From an uncultured Gammaproteobacteria bacterium (lineage in GTDB: Bacteria > Patescibacteriota > Microgenomatia > JALYQM01): a stretch of 64,000 bases of DNA. This document shows, piece after piece, positions 8,952 to 18,264 of this stretch. A model generated the notes under the pieces. It was given only the letters and a program-made list of their open reading frames with translations, did no database searches and was not told where the DNA came from. The position numbers and the translations under genes are program-made. The DNA is taken from the NCBI GenBank assembly GCA_964403585.1, contig CAYOFQ010000001.1, positions 896,680-960,679 on the forward strand. Reading direction: 5' to 3'. How positions within the stretch are numbered: the stretch's first letter is position 1; the number at the start of each line of letters is the position of its first letter.

Positions 8952-10265
8952 ATGAGTTTGTCCAAAGTAGATCCCGCAATTTTCGAATTAATAAATAAAG
9001 AGAGAGAACGTCAGGAAAACGTTCTGGAAATGATACCCTCCGAAAACTATGCTTCAAAAGCAGTTATGGAAGCACTCGGCACCGAACTCACCAATAAATA
9101 TTCTGAAGGCTACCAGTACGCCCGGTATTACCAGGGAAACGGTATTATCGACGAGATCGAAGCTTTGGCCAGAGAAAGAATCAAAAAATTATTTAAAGTT
9201 CCCGAAGCCAATGTTCAACCGTATTCAGGCTCTCCGGCTAATTTGGCCGTCTACATGGCCTGTATGAAACCGGGAGATACCTTGCTCGGACTTAAGTTAG
9301 CTTTCGGTGGACATCTAACACACGGCGACCCCGTTTCGGCGACAGGAACTATTTTTAAGTCGGTACAATACGAACTGGATGCATCGGGCCGAATCGACAT
9401 TGAAGCAGTACGCAAGCTTGCCCTTGAATCCAAACCACAGGTAATCGTAATTGGTACCACAGCCTACCCAAGAGATCTTCCATATAAAGAATTTGCCGAA
9501 ATCGCCGATGAAGTAGGTGCGTATTTGCACGCCGACATTTCCCACATCGCCGGAATGGTGTGTGCCGGAGTACTTGAGTCTCCTAACCCCTACGTTCATT
9601 CGATAATGTTCACAACGCACAAAACGTTCCGCGGTCCACGAGGCGCAGTTATTATGGTAACCGAAAAAGGACTGACCAAGGATCCTGACCTGGCGAAAAA
9701 AATAAATAAGTGGGTATTCCCGGGATTACAAGGAGGTCCACACAATAACGTCACCGCTGCTATCGCAGTTGCGGCACAGGAAGCAATGACTGAGAAATTT
9801 GTTCAGGATCAAAAACAGACAGTACTTAACGGTCGTATACTCGGGGAAGAGCTGGTCAAACGTGGATACGATCTGATATCCGGAGGTACCGATAACCATC
9901 TTATACTCATGAGTCTGATTAAAACAGGAATTAACGGAAGATTGGCAGGCGAGTCCCTGGAAGCTGCAAACATAGTCTGCAACCGCAATTCGGTTCCGCA
10001 CGACCCGATGCCGCCGTTTTATCCGTCCGGACTGCGTTTTGGAACTACCTGTTTAACAACCCGCGGTATGAAAGAAAAAGAGATGGTAAAAGTCGCCGAA
10101 TGGATTGATATTGTGCTCCAGGAATCTGTGACTTTAGCCACGGGTCTGGACGTAAAAAATAAAGAGCACCGTGAGCAGTTTCTTAAAGAAGCTCAGAGTT
10201 CTGCAGTCATCAAGAAAGTACACCAGGAAGTCGTAGCACTGTGCAAAGAGTTTCCGTTGCCGTAA
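8952..10265 (+). CDS. glyA: serine hydroxymethyltransferase
   Basis: 437 aa; PLP-lysine motif TTHKTFRGPRGA, N-terminus ...DPAIFELINKERERQENVLEMIPSENY, full-length SHMT. Confidence 0.95.
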   Translation: MSLSKVDPAIFELINKERERQENVLEMIPSENYASKAVMEALGTELTNKYSEGYQYARYYQGNGIIDEIEALARERIKKLFKVPEANVQPYSGSPANLAVYMACMKPGDTLLGLKLAFGGHLTHGDPVSATGTIFKSVQYELDASGRIDIEAVRKLALESKPQVIVIGTTAYPRDLPYKEFAEIADEVGAYLHADISHIAGMVCAGVLESPNPYVHSIMFTTHKTFRGPRGAVIMVTEKGLTKDPDLAKKINKWVFPGLQGGPHNNVTAAIAVAAQEAMTEKFVQDQKQTVLNGRILGEELVKRGYDLISGGTDNHLILMSLIKTGINGRLAGESLEAANIVCNRNSVPHDPMPPFYPSGLRFGTTCLTTRGMKEKEMVKVAEWIDIVLQESVTLATGLDVKNKEHREQFLKEAQSSAVIKKVHQEVVALCKEFPLP

Positions 10266-10321
10266 TTGACAAAAGCAGTACAATATACCTACCATAAAAG
10301 TATAATCTTTAACTGCAAAGG

Positions 10322-11323
10322 ATGTATATGCAACCAGTCAGTTCCAAAAAGTACTTTTTACTTGCATGCCTGATCGCCTTTGTCGTGCTCATCATCGCGG
10401 TAGCCGGCAAAGTTATGCTCGGGCACGGGGGACGCAACATGGTCCTGTACAATCAGAAGTACGGCTACGGTGTAGCTCCAAGTACACCACAAACAGCCCC
10501 CGAAATGTCCTCCTACGGCGAAGGTAGTTTTGGTCGTGGAGCCGACTCCAAAATTGCAATTGATAGCACCGGCCAAACCGCCGATCTGATCGCCCCGGGG
10601 GTGCCGGTACCAATTCCGCCACGCGACTCCACACCCGTTGCCGGAGCCGACCGCAAAATTATCAAGAACGGCAATGTCAGCGTAGTTGTTAAGGACGTCG
10701 ATCAAGCCAGCAAAGCAATCGAAAACAAAGCTAAAGAATTAGGTGGATACCTATCGGCAACAAATATAAATTCGAGTGGGAATAACACCAAGTCAGGCTA
10801 TGTTTCGGCCCGCATTCCGGTAGATAAAGTAAACGATTTCCTGGCCTTCCTACGTTCATCATCGGTTAAAGTTTCCAGCGAAAATATCAATTCTGATGAC
10901 GTAACCAGCCAGTATATCGATTTACAGGCTAAAATTACGAATCTTGAAGCAACGGCAACTCAATATCGTGATTTGCTCAAGAGAGCAGTTAAAGTTGAAG
11001 AAGTACTACAAGTACAACGTGAATTAAATAACGTTCAAACAGAGATTGATTCATATAAAGGACAACTTAAATATCTGGAAGGCAATGCCTCCTTATCCAA
11101 TATTACGGTCAACTTGGCAGTTGATGAAGGTGAACTCCCGATCGCGCCTGAAAACAAATGGGAACCGGGCAATGTGTTCAAAGCTTCAATACGCGGATTA
11201 ACCACACTCGCTCAAAACCTATCGTACGCCGTAATTATGCTGGCTGTCTATGCAGTAGTCTGGATTCCGGTTACCATTGGATTGATCTTACTCTATAAAT
11301 TCTTACGAAAGAGAATCCAATAG
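10322..11323 (+). CDS. DUF4349-like membrane-anchored protein
   Basis: 333 aa; N-terminal TM, central coiled coil (DLQAKITNLEATATQYRDLLKRA...), C-terminal TM; architecture typical of DUF4349. Confidence 0.45.
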   Translation: MYMQPVSSKKYFLLACLIAFVVLIIAVAGKVMLGHGGRNMVLYNQKYGYGVAPSTPQTAPEMSSYGEGSFGRGADSKIAIDSTGQTADLIAPGVPVPIPPRDSTPVAGADRKIIKNGNVSVVVKDVDQASKAIENKAKELGGYLSATNINSSGNNTKSGYVSARIPVDKVNDFLAFLRSSSVKVSSENINSDDVTSQYIDLQAKITNLEATATQYRDLLKRAVKVEEVLQVQRELNNVQTEIDSYKGQLKYLEGNASLSNITVNLAVDEGELPIAPENKWEPGNVFKASIRGLTTLAQNLSYAVIMLAVYAVVWIPVTIGLILLYKFLRKRIQ

Positions 11324-11333
11324 CTTTTTTCTT

Positions 11334-11370
11334 CCGGGGGCTTTCGTATACCGCTATATAAAGCCCCCGG
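11334..11370. other. inverted repeat / hairpin after DUF4349 gene
   Basis: CCGGGGGCTTT...AAAGCCCCCGG 11-bp arms with 15-nt loop, preceded by a T-run; not a canonical terminator on either strand. Confidence 0.3.
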
Positions 11371-11417
11371 AATAGGCTAAATTTGCCTAAACTGTTTAAA
11401 ACACGTATAATATTCCA

Positions 11418-11768
11418 ATGCACTATAAGAAAAAACCCAAGAAAATGATCGCACTCAACGAAGACTTTGAATGTGGACATTGCGGAAAGCATGTCGACCC
11501 GATTGTCTATGGAGGTTCATACCGCAACCATTGTCCCTATTGTCTGTACTCAAAACACGTGGATACAGACACCCCAGGTGACCGTAAAAACCAGTGCAAG
11601 GGTCTGATGAAACCAATCTCTTCATACACCAAAAAGTCCGGTGAATATGTATTATCCCATCAGTGTGAACTCTGCGGGTTTATCCGCTATAACCGTATTG
11701 CCGGAGATGATAATTTTGATTTAGTTGTAGAATTAAGCAAGAATCCAACCCATCCTGCTTCAGCCTAA
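11418..11768 (+). CDS. RNHCP-domain zinc-ribbon protein
   Basis: 116 aa; literal RNHCPYCLYSKHVD motif plus second CxxC pair (CGHCGK ... CELCGF); stop 1 nt before tgt start. Confidence 0.55.
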   Translation: MHYKKKPKKMIALNEDFECGHCGKHVDPIVYGGSYRNHCPYCLYSKHVDTDTPGDRKNQCKGLMKPISSYTKKSGEYVLSHQCELCGFIRYNRIAGDDNFDLVVELSKNPTHPASA

Positions 11769-11769
11769 A

Positions 11770-13125
11770 ATGTCCTTTTCCTATAAAACGATTGCTCAAG
11801 ACAAACACTCCCGCGCCCGTGCCGGAGTACTGGAAATTAACGGTAATTTTGTCGAAACACCGGTCTATATGCCGGTGGGAACACAGGCAACAGTAAAATC
11901 CTTAACTCCCGACGATCTGGAACAAATCGGAGCACAAATTATTCTTGCCAATACCTATCATTTGTACCTGCGTCCGGGTGCTGAAATTATCGAGAAAATG
12001 GGTGGACTGCACAATTTTGTGAATTGGAAAAAACCGATTCTCACCGACAGCGGGGGATTTCAGGTATTTTCACTGGGCTATGCCATCGAACATCAGGTCG
12101 GAAAAATCGCCAATATTTTTCCTGCCGAAAAAGGGGGCATTCTTAATCTCCCAGCTAAAATTAAAGAGGAAATTATGGACACACCTCGCAGATTCGGTGA
12201 AAATGAACACGCGATACAACTCCGCAATCCGCAAAACACTGCCGTGAGTTTGGATGTAAAACTGGCGAAAATCCACGATGACGGAGTAACCTTTACCTCA
12301 CATATTGACGGAACTAAGCACCAGTTTAACGCCGATGTATCAATTAGAACACAACACAAACTTGGGGCAGATATCATTCTGGCATTTGACGAATGTCCTT
12401 CACCTTTACATGATTACGACTATACAAAAACATCACTTGAACGCACCAACCGCTGGGAAAAAGAATCACTGGAAGTTCACCGGAAACTCGAATCACAGAA
12501 ACACCGTGAAACAACAACGCAGCGTTATCCATATCCGCATGCTCAATATCTGTTTGGTATCCCGCATGGTGGTGCCTGGCAGGATCTGCGTGAAGCATCG
12601 GCCCGCTATATTTCAGGATTAGATTTTGCCGGATTTTCGATTGGCGGATCCTTAGGCAATACCAAATCCGATATGCATAAAGTTCTTGAATGGCAAATTC
12701 CTCTCCTCGGCGAAGAACGGCCACGGCATTTACTCGGCATCGGTGACGTCGACGACTTTTTTGAATGTATTGAACGGGGTATTGATATGTTTGATTGCGT
12801 AGCACCCACCCGCATTGCCCGCAATGGGGCACTGCACATTTCACCATCTGAAGGGGGAAATAAAGGAAATAAATTCCGTCTCCTCATTTTAAATGCCGAA
12901 TACAAAGAAGATGCGCAACCAGTCGACAAAACCTGCACCTGTTATACGTGTCAGAACTTCTCGCGTGCATACATTCGCCATCTGTTTGTGGCCAAAGAAT
13001 TACTGGCCTATCGTCTCGCAACAATCCACAATGTTCATTTCATGATCCAGCTGGTCAAACAAGTCCGGCAGGCTATTCTGGAAGACCGGTTTGCAAAAAT
13101 GAAGGAAGAGTGGCTTAATAGATAG
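11770..13125 (+). CDS. tgt: queuine tRNA-ribosyltransferase
   Basis: 451 aa; TPVYMPVGTQATVK, ANTYHLYLRPG, Zn site CTCYTCQNFSRAYIRHL; ~50-aa insertion after FQVFSLGY relative to canonical Tgt. Confidence 0.9.
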   Translation: MSFSYKTIAQDKHSRARAGVLEINGNFVETPVYMPVGTQATVKSLTPDDLEQIGAQIILANTYHLYLRPGAEIIEKMGGLHNFVNWKKPILTDSGGFQVFSLGYAIEHQVGKIANIFPAEKGGILNLPAKIKEEIMDTPRRFGENEHAIQLRNPQNTAVSLDVKLAKIHDDGVTFTSHIDGTKHQFNADVSIRTQHKLGADIILAFDECPSPLHDYDYTKTSLERTNRWEKESLEVHRKLESQKHRETTTQRYPYPHAQYLFGIPHGGAWQDLREASARYISGLDFAGFSIGGSLGNTKSDMHKVLEWQIPLLGEERPRHLLGIGDVDDFFECIERGIDMFDCVAPTRIARNGALHISPSEGGNKGNKFRLLILNAEYKEDAQPVDKTCTCYTCQNFSRAYIRHLFVAKELLAYRLATIHNVHFMIQLVKQVRQAILEDRFAKMKEEWLNR

Positions 13126-13128
13126 TAT

Positions 13129-13872
13129 ATGAAAAAATATCTATCGGTCCTCACCGTAACTATTGTTTTAACTGCGTGTACAACAAGTAATCCTCCTGAC
13201 AACAACAGCCCTACAGCAACACCTGAAGTGACTTCCACCACGGCAACAGTCACTCCGGTAAAAACAGCATCTCCTTCACCGACAATTACTACTTCATCCT
13301 GGAAAATACATACCCTTCCGGCAATCGGACTTTCATTTCGGCTACCTCCAAAAATGGATGGACTCGGAGTCGCCAAACAGGAAATAGCCGTTGGTGAAAC
13401 CGGAACACAACTGTGTGTACAGTTTGCCAAATCAACCGCCTGGTACGAAAACCTCATTCCGGTGGTCGAAGCAGGTGGCGGCTGTGGAACCGCACCAAAT
13501 AAATTTATTGCCATTGGAACAACCTCAACCGATTATTCTGCCGGCCGCGAAGGGACATTTCTGGATATGCAGGGATTTGCCAAACAGGACGGCAAATATA
13601 TGGAACGCTTCGTACGGGGAGCGCTAAACGAATCATTCCCGCAGGAAAATATTATTCCGGTTAACAATCCGAACGGAGTCGAAGTAATCAAAATCTTAGG
13701 TAGAACTGAGATGGACGACGGACCCACGATAGCCAATTCACTTGGCGACCGTACCGGGGCGCTGGTTAACACCAAAGAAAAAACATATCCGGGACTCGCG
13801 TTTATGTTCGAGGAGACACTCACTCAAGAAGAGATCGACGGGATTCTTATGTCAATCAAGTTTTCGAAGTAA
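13129..13872 (+). CDS. hypothetical lipoprotein
   Basis: 247 aa; signal peptide with lipobox LTAC, Thr/Pro/Ser-rich linker then globular domain. Confidence 0.5.
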   Translation: MKKYLSVLTVTIVLTACTTSNPPDNNSPTATPEVTSTTATVTPVKTASPSPTITTSSWKIHTLPAIGLSFRLPPKMDGLGVAKQEIAVGETGTQLCVQFAKSTAWYENLIPVVEAGGGCGTAPNKFIAIGTTSTDYSAGREGTFLDMQGFAKQDGKYMERFVRGALNESFPQENIIPVNNPNGVEVIKILGRTEMDDGPTIANSLGDRTGALVNTKEKTYPGLAFMFEETLTQEEIDGILMSIKFSK

Positions 13873-13891
13873 TTGATGATATAATCAAGAA

Positions 13892-14737
13892 ATGATTGTT
13901 TCAGGCAAACCGATAGCGCAAAAAATTCTCGAAGACGTTCGTCAGCAAATCGAAACCAACCATCTCCATCCGGACCTGGCCATTATTCTGGCCGGCGAGA
14001 ATCCGGCCTCCCGGATGTATATCAAACATAAAACCAAAGTCGGAGCAGAGATTGGCATCAATGTCATAACCTACGAGTTTGCAGCGTCCGTTCCCGATGA
14101 ATGCATGCGAACAATCGATGCGTTAAACAACGACCCGCAAACCAACGGTATTATTGTCCAATTGCCACTTTACCCGAATTGGGTAACAGATAATTTCGTC
14201 AACCGTGTAGCGCCACAAAAAGATGTCGATGGCTTTGTTCCGAGGACTCCGTTCATCCCGGCTACAGCAGAAGCAACCTGGGAAATGCTGAGCGAATTTG
14301 CCCGCCTTGAGGGCTACCCGATCACCGAAAGTTTTCTTCAAGGCAAAAAAATTGTCGTGCTGGGCAAAGGGAAAACTGCCGGCAAACCGGTACGGGAACT
14401 ACTCAAAACCAAAGGCTTTGATTCAGCATTAATCGACTCAAAAACAAAACACCCCGATGATATTATCAGAGAATCAGACATTATCGTTTCCGCCACCGGC
14501 AAGAAAAATATTATCAACGCCACTAACGTCAAAGACAGTTCCTATGTTATCGGCATCGGTGTTGGCAAAGAAATTGTCGGCGATACCACAAAAACTTTTG
14601 GCGACATTGATGAGGAGGGTATCGAAAACAGAGCAAAACTCATCTGCCCGACAATCGGCGGTATTGGTCCGTTAACCATTGCCTGTCTATTAAGAAACGT
14701 CTCCACAGCTACGCTAAAACAGGCTAGTGAACAATAA
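13892..14737 (+). CDS. folD: bifunctional methylenetetrahydrofolate dehydrogenase/cyclohydrolase
   Basis: 281 aa; MIVSGKPIAQKILEDVRQQIE start, Rossmann GKGKTAGKP, typical FolD length. Confidence 0.9.
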   Translation: MIVSGKPIAQKILEDVRQQIETNHLHPDLAIILAGENPASRMYIKHKTKVGAEIGINVITYEFAASVPDECMRTIDALNNDPQTNGIIVQLPLYPNWVTDNFVNRVAPQKDVDGFVPRTPFIPATAEATWEMLSEFARLEGYPITESFLQGKKIVVLGKGKTAGKPVRELLKTKGFDSALIDSKTKHPDDIIRESDIIVSATGKKNIINATNVKDSSYVIGIGVGKEIVGDTTKTFGDIDEEGIENRAKLICPTIGGIGPLTIACLLRNVSTATLKQASEQ

Positions 14738-15728
14738 TTCCACGAGCTTCCACTTGAATAGGCAAAATTCCCTCGCTCCCGAGGATTTTTTCAAATTCAG
14801 ATACAATAGTGGTTCTATCTTCAGCCTTCTCACATAAAACCCACACACATCCACCATCTCCGGCACCAACTGCCGCGAACCCCGCCGGATACTCATCGAC
14901 AACTTTCTTCAATTCATTAGCAGTACCGTTCAATCGCTCGGGAACTAACTCAACACGGAGTTCGTTTTCCCGCCTAACTAACGCTGCGGCTTGTGCCCAA
15001 TCACACGTATACAGTGCATCATAAAACCGGTGCGAGACTTCATTAATCGCAAACCAGTTCTTTCGTGTCGCAACATTCCAAAACGAAGCCAGTTGCTTCT
15101 CATTTACCACATTCGAATTATGACTTTTACCTAAATAAGCAACCAGTAATCGGTCGTTCAATCCCGAAAATACCTGCCGTCCGCTAATCTCCTCAGATTC
15201 AAATACCTGTTGAGAAGCATATTTCCATAACCATTTGTGAATTCCGCCAAATGCCGCTGCACAATGGTCCTGCATGCCACATAACGAAACATGCATACCG
15301 TCTTCAATCATATAGGCTAACCGCGCCACCATAGCCGCATCAACCGGGGTCTGTTCAGATGTGATGTGACGTTGCGCTTCATAGAGAGCTGCAGCAAAAG
15401 CAACCGCTACAGTACCCGAACCTCCAAGTCCGGCAAAAGGAGGAGCTTCATATTCCAACTGTAATACATATCCGTGTAACCCAAAATGCGACGCAATACT
15501 TGCCAGCAAGCGCAAATCACCATCCAGATTTGCTTGCTCAATCGCAAACTCTTCTGTAGTTAATGTATTTGTTAGTTTAACCCGTCCAAATTCGTAGGGG
15601 ACCAACCGGGCATGCGTTCGCAGAGAAATAGCAATATTGGTAGTACACGGCACAACCCACTCATGAGTCAAAGCGAGGCCTTTAATATCCCACGTTCCGC
15701 CAATATCCAAACGGGCCGGAGCAGACAC
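14724..15728 (-). CDS. GHMP-family sugar kinase
   Basis: GHMP motifs VSAPARLDIGGTWD (N-terminal) and GLGGSGTVAVAFAAAL (motif 2). ORF track extends to 15821 but would overlap the divergent GT2 start. Likely start is GTG at 15728, preceded by AAGGAAAG; the alternative is ATG at 15785. Confidence 0.6.
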   Translation of the reverse strand: MSAPARLDIGGTWDIKGLALTHEWVVPCTTNIAISLRTHARLVPYEFGRVKLTNTLTTEEFAIEQANLDGDLRLLASIASHFGLHGYVLQLEYEAPPFAGLGGSGTVAVAFAAALYEAQRHITSEQTPVDAAMVARLAYMIEDGMHVSLCGMQDHCAAAFGGIHKWLWKYASQQVFESEEISGRQVFSGLNDRLLVAYLGKSHNSNVVNEKQLASFWNVATRKNWFAINEVSHRFYDALYTCDWAQAAALVRRENELRVELVPERLNGTANELKKVVDEYPAGFAAVGAGDGGCVWVLCEKAEDRTTIVSEFEKILGSEGILPIQVEARGIIVH

Positions 15729-15779
15729 ATGAATCTGACTTTCCTTCAACACGTCACCAATATATAATTCTTTCAACGC

Positions 15780-16472
15780 ATGCATATAAGTATTATCGTT
15801 CCTGCTAAAAACGAATCCCAAAATATTAGTAATTTATTCACCCGAATACACACCGCCTGCAGTACGGCAGGACTACCGTATACTATCATTTTTATTAACG
15901 ACGGCTCAACCGATACAACTGCAGACATTCTGAAACAAATCGGTTCTGATTACCCACTAACTATAATTACGCACGAACAAAGCCGGGGCAAAGCAAACTC
16001 GATTCTGGAGGGTGTCGAAGCTGCGCAAACAGATTTTGTCGTGATGATCGATGCCGACCTTCAGTACCCGCCTGAAGCTATTCCTGGAATGGTACAAAAA
16101 ACCCCTGAAGTCCAAATAGTAGTAGCAAGAAGAACAATCAATAATGAAAAAATAGTTCGAAAAGCACTCAGCAAAATTCATGCTTACCTTTTTGGACACC
16201 TTCTATTTGGACTTGACTGTGATATTCAATCGGGACTCAAACTATTGCCGCGGGAGTTAGTAACTCATTTAGACAGATCGAATATCACTGCCTGGACACT
16301 GGATTTATCACTACTTCATACTGCCAAACAGCTCGAATATAAAATAGGAGAGGTACCCATTACTTTTACCGAACGATCCGCAGGGCAATCAAAAGTGAAT
16401 ATCTTCCGATCGATATATGAACACACCTACACAGCCCTGAAGATTAAGTTCTTCAGCAAAAAAATAGTATAA
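15780..16472 (+). CDS. family 2 glycosyltransferase (DPM1-like)
   Basis: 230 aa; ISIIVPAKNE...IIFINDGSTDTT...DAD motif typical GT2 polyprenyl-phosphate sugar transferase. Confidence 0.8.
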   Translation: MHISIIVPAKNESQNISNLFTRIHTACSTAGLPYTIIFINDGSTDTTADILKQIGSDYPLTIITHEQSRGKANSILEGVEAAQTDFVVMIDADLQYPPEAIPGMVQKTPEVQIVVARRTINNEKIVRKALSKIHAYLFGHLLFGLDCDIQSGLKLLPRELVTHLDRSNITAWTLDLSLLHTAKQLEYKIGEVPITFTERSAGQSKVNIFRSIYEHTYTALKIKFFSKKIV

Positions 16473-16481
16473 TGAAAATCT

Positions 16482-16889
16482 ATGAACTACTTTCTCGCTA
16501 AAACCGATCCTGAAACGTATTCCATCACTGATCTGGAAAAAGATAAACAAACGACCTGGGACGGAGTCCGTAATCCCCAGGCAGTAATTTTCTTGAAACA
16601 GATGCAACCGAAGGATAAAGTACTCATTTACCATTCTCAAGGCGAATCCGCCATCGTCGGCCTCGCCGAAGTTGTCGGTAATTCCCGACCAGATCCCAAA
16701 GACACTCGCAGCTGGCTCGTGGATTTTAAGTTCGTTAAGAAGTTTAAAGAACCATACGTAACCTTACAGCAAATTAAAGAATCGGGTAAATTCGACGATT
16801 TTCGCCTGGTTCGCCAGGGGAGATTATCCACTATGGATGTCCCGGAAAAATTTATCGAGTATCTCAAGAAATGCGGCGTTGCACTGTAA
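16482..16889 (+). CDS. EVE (PUA-like) domain protein
   Basis: 135 aa; MNYFLAKTDPETYSITDLEKD...VLIYHSQGESAIVGLAEVVG matches EVE/thymocyte nuclear protein fold. Confidence 0.7.
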   Translation: MNYFLAKTDPETYSITDLEKDKQTTWDGVRNPQAVIFLKQMQPKDKVLIYHSQGESAIVGLAEVVGNSRPDPKDTRSWLVDFKFVKKFKEPYVTLQQIKESGKFDDFRLVRQGRLSTMDVPEKFIEYLKKCGVAL

Positions 16890-17999
16890 TTAACTTTGTA
16901 TTCTTCGGACATTCGTCCGCTGTGAAAGAATTCCCGTCAATCCCGCACCAAGCAAACAGGCATTTGACGTAAACTCATGCGTGGCAAACGCCGGGATAGT
17001 TAATCCGGTATAATGCGCCATGATCTGCTGCACACGCTCGACATACCCCGGAACACTAAATATTCCACCATGCAAAGCAATTTGAGAAGCCCCTTCAAAG
17101 CGAATCTGTTCGGCATTAGCTACACCCAAGGCAGTAAAAGCAACAATATGAGCTGAAAGATCATATAACTGCCGGGCGATTGGGTGCCCTTTTTGAAATT
17201 CTTTACTAATATCTAATCCGGTCAAATTTGCCTCAGTACTAAACTCACCCTGTACCGCTGGAGCAAGCTCAGCCCATAACGCTTCGACACCTGCTTTACT
17301 TGAACCAACCCGTTCTAAGCACGTAAACTCCTGTCCAAAAACCCCACACGCTTGTTGCATATCAAACAAATTAAGTGCAGGGGAAAGAGCAATATGACCA
17401 CCTTCTGCAGCAATCATCTCACCGCGGCGGTAAGCAGCCGTTCCAAGCCCGCTGCCGCAAATAATATAGACAATATTCTCAACCTGCGGATTATTGGTTT
17501 GCGCGTATAAAACCGCTGCAGTAAGTCCGGCAATCGCGTCGTTACGCACAAAGGGAGTAATACTACTCAAATCCCCACCAAGGCGGTCCTGCACATCGGC
17601 AACAAACTGTCGAACATTCGGCCCATCTTGCGGACGTGTTCCATCCAAAGGACCGGCATAGGAGATCGCGACAGGAACACCCATAGCCTCAGCTTTATGT
17701 CCAACCTCAAGCAATAAATCTAGATAACCGGCGCCATGTGTACTGTTGAATTTTTCGGGCGGAGCCACAAATTCCAGATGATCACCTTCGGCGACAAGAT
17801 GGGCCCAGGAAAACTTGTCGCCTCCCATATCGACTGCGATGACCTCCCGGCCTTCCCGACGACGAAGAGCCTCTACCAATTTAAGCTGAAGTTTGCCGGC
17901 TTCCCGGGCATGCAAGTTTTTTTCCGTGAAACGGTTCCACTGGTCATACGGAATGCGCATAATATGTTCAGGAAATAATGATGAAGACTCAACAAGCAT
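16890..17999 (-). CDS. BadF/BadG/BcrA/BcrD-type ATPase (N-acetylglucosamine-kinase-like)
   Basis: 369 aa; ASKHA-fold motifs VIAVDMGGDKFSW (phosphate 1) and IICGSGLGTAAY. Confidence 0.5.
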   Translation of the reverse strand: MLVESSSLFPEHIMRIPYDQWNRFTEKNLHAREAGKLQLKLVEALRRREGREVIAVDMGGDKFSWAHLVAEGDHLEFVAPPEKFNSTHGAGYLDLLLEVGHKAEAMGVPVAISYAGPLDGTRPQDGPNVRQFVADVQDRLGGDLSSITPFVRNDAIAGLTAAVLYAQTNNPQVENIVYIICGSGLGTAAYRRGEMIAAEGGHIALSPALNLFDMQQACGVFGQEFTCLERVGSSKAGVEALWAELAPAVQGEFSTEANLTGLDISKEFQKGHPIARQLYDLSAHIVAFTALGVANAEQIRFEGASQIALHGGIFSVPGYVERVQQIMAHYTGLTIPAFATHEFTSNACLLGAGLTGILSQRTNVRRIQS

Positions 18000-18264
18000 A
18001 AATTCGACCCTCGGATAAATAATGTCAATTCTATCACAACTAATTGCGCGGTATTTCTAAACCTGCTACAAATTAAGAAGTGCTATTAAAATTGCCAAAA
18101 CTTGCCGCAACACTAACTACTCTTTCACTCATAACCCTTTCAATACCGTCTCTTACTTTGCAGCTGCCCCCGGTGTTCACACGGGAACTTCTTCAGGGAA
18201 TGTATTTTTAGGAGGCAATTATATTGAAGTCGGCATTAGCCGGTATGGCTCGTTCGGAACTTCG

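Noticed and set aside
9049-13823. Numerous 60-160-aa ORFs overlapping glyA, DUF4349, tgt and the lipoprotein gene on either strand
   Set aside because: Embedded in well-supported CDSs; compositionally biased translations; no motifs.
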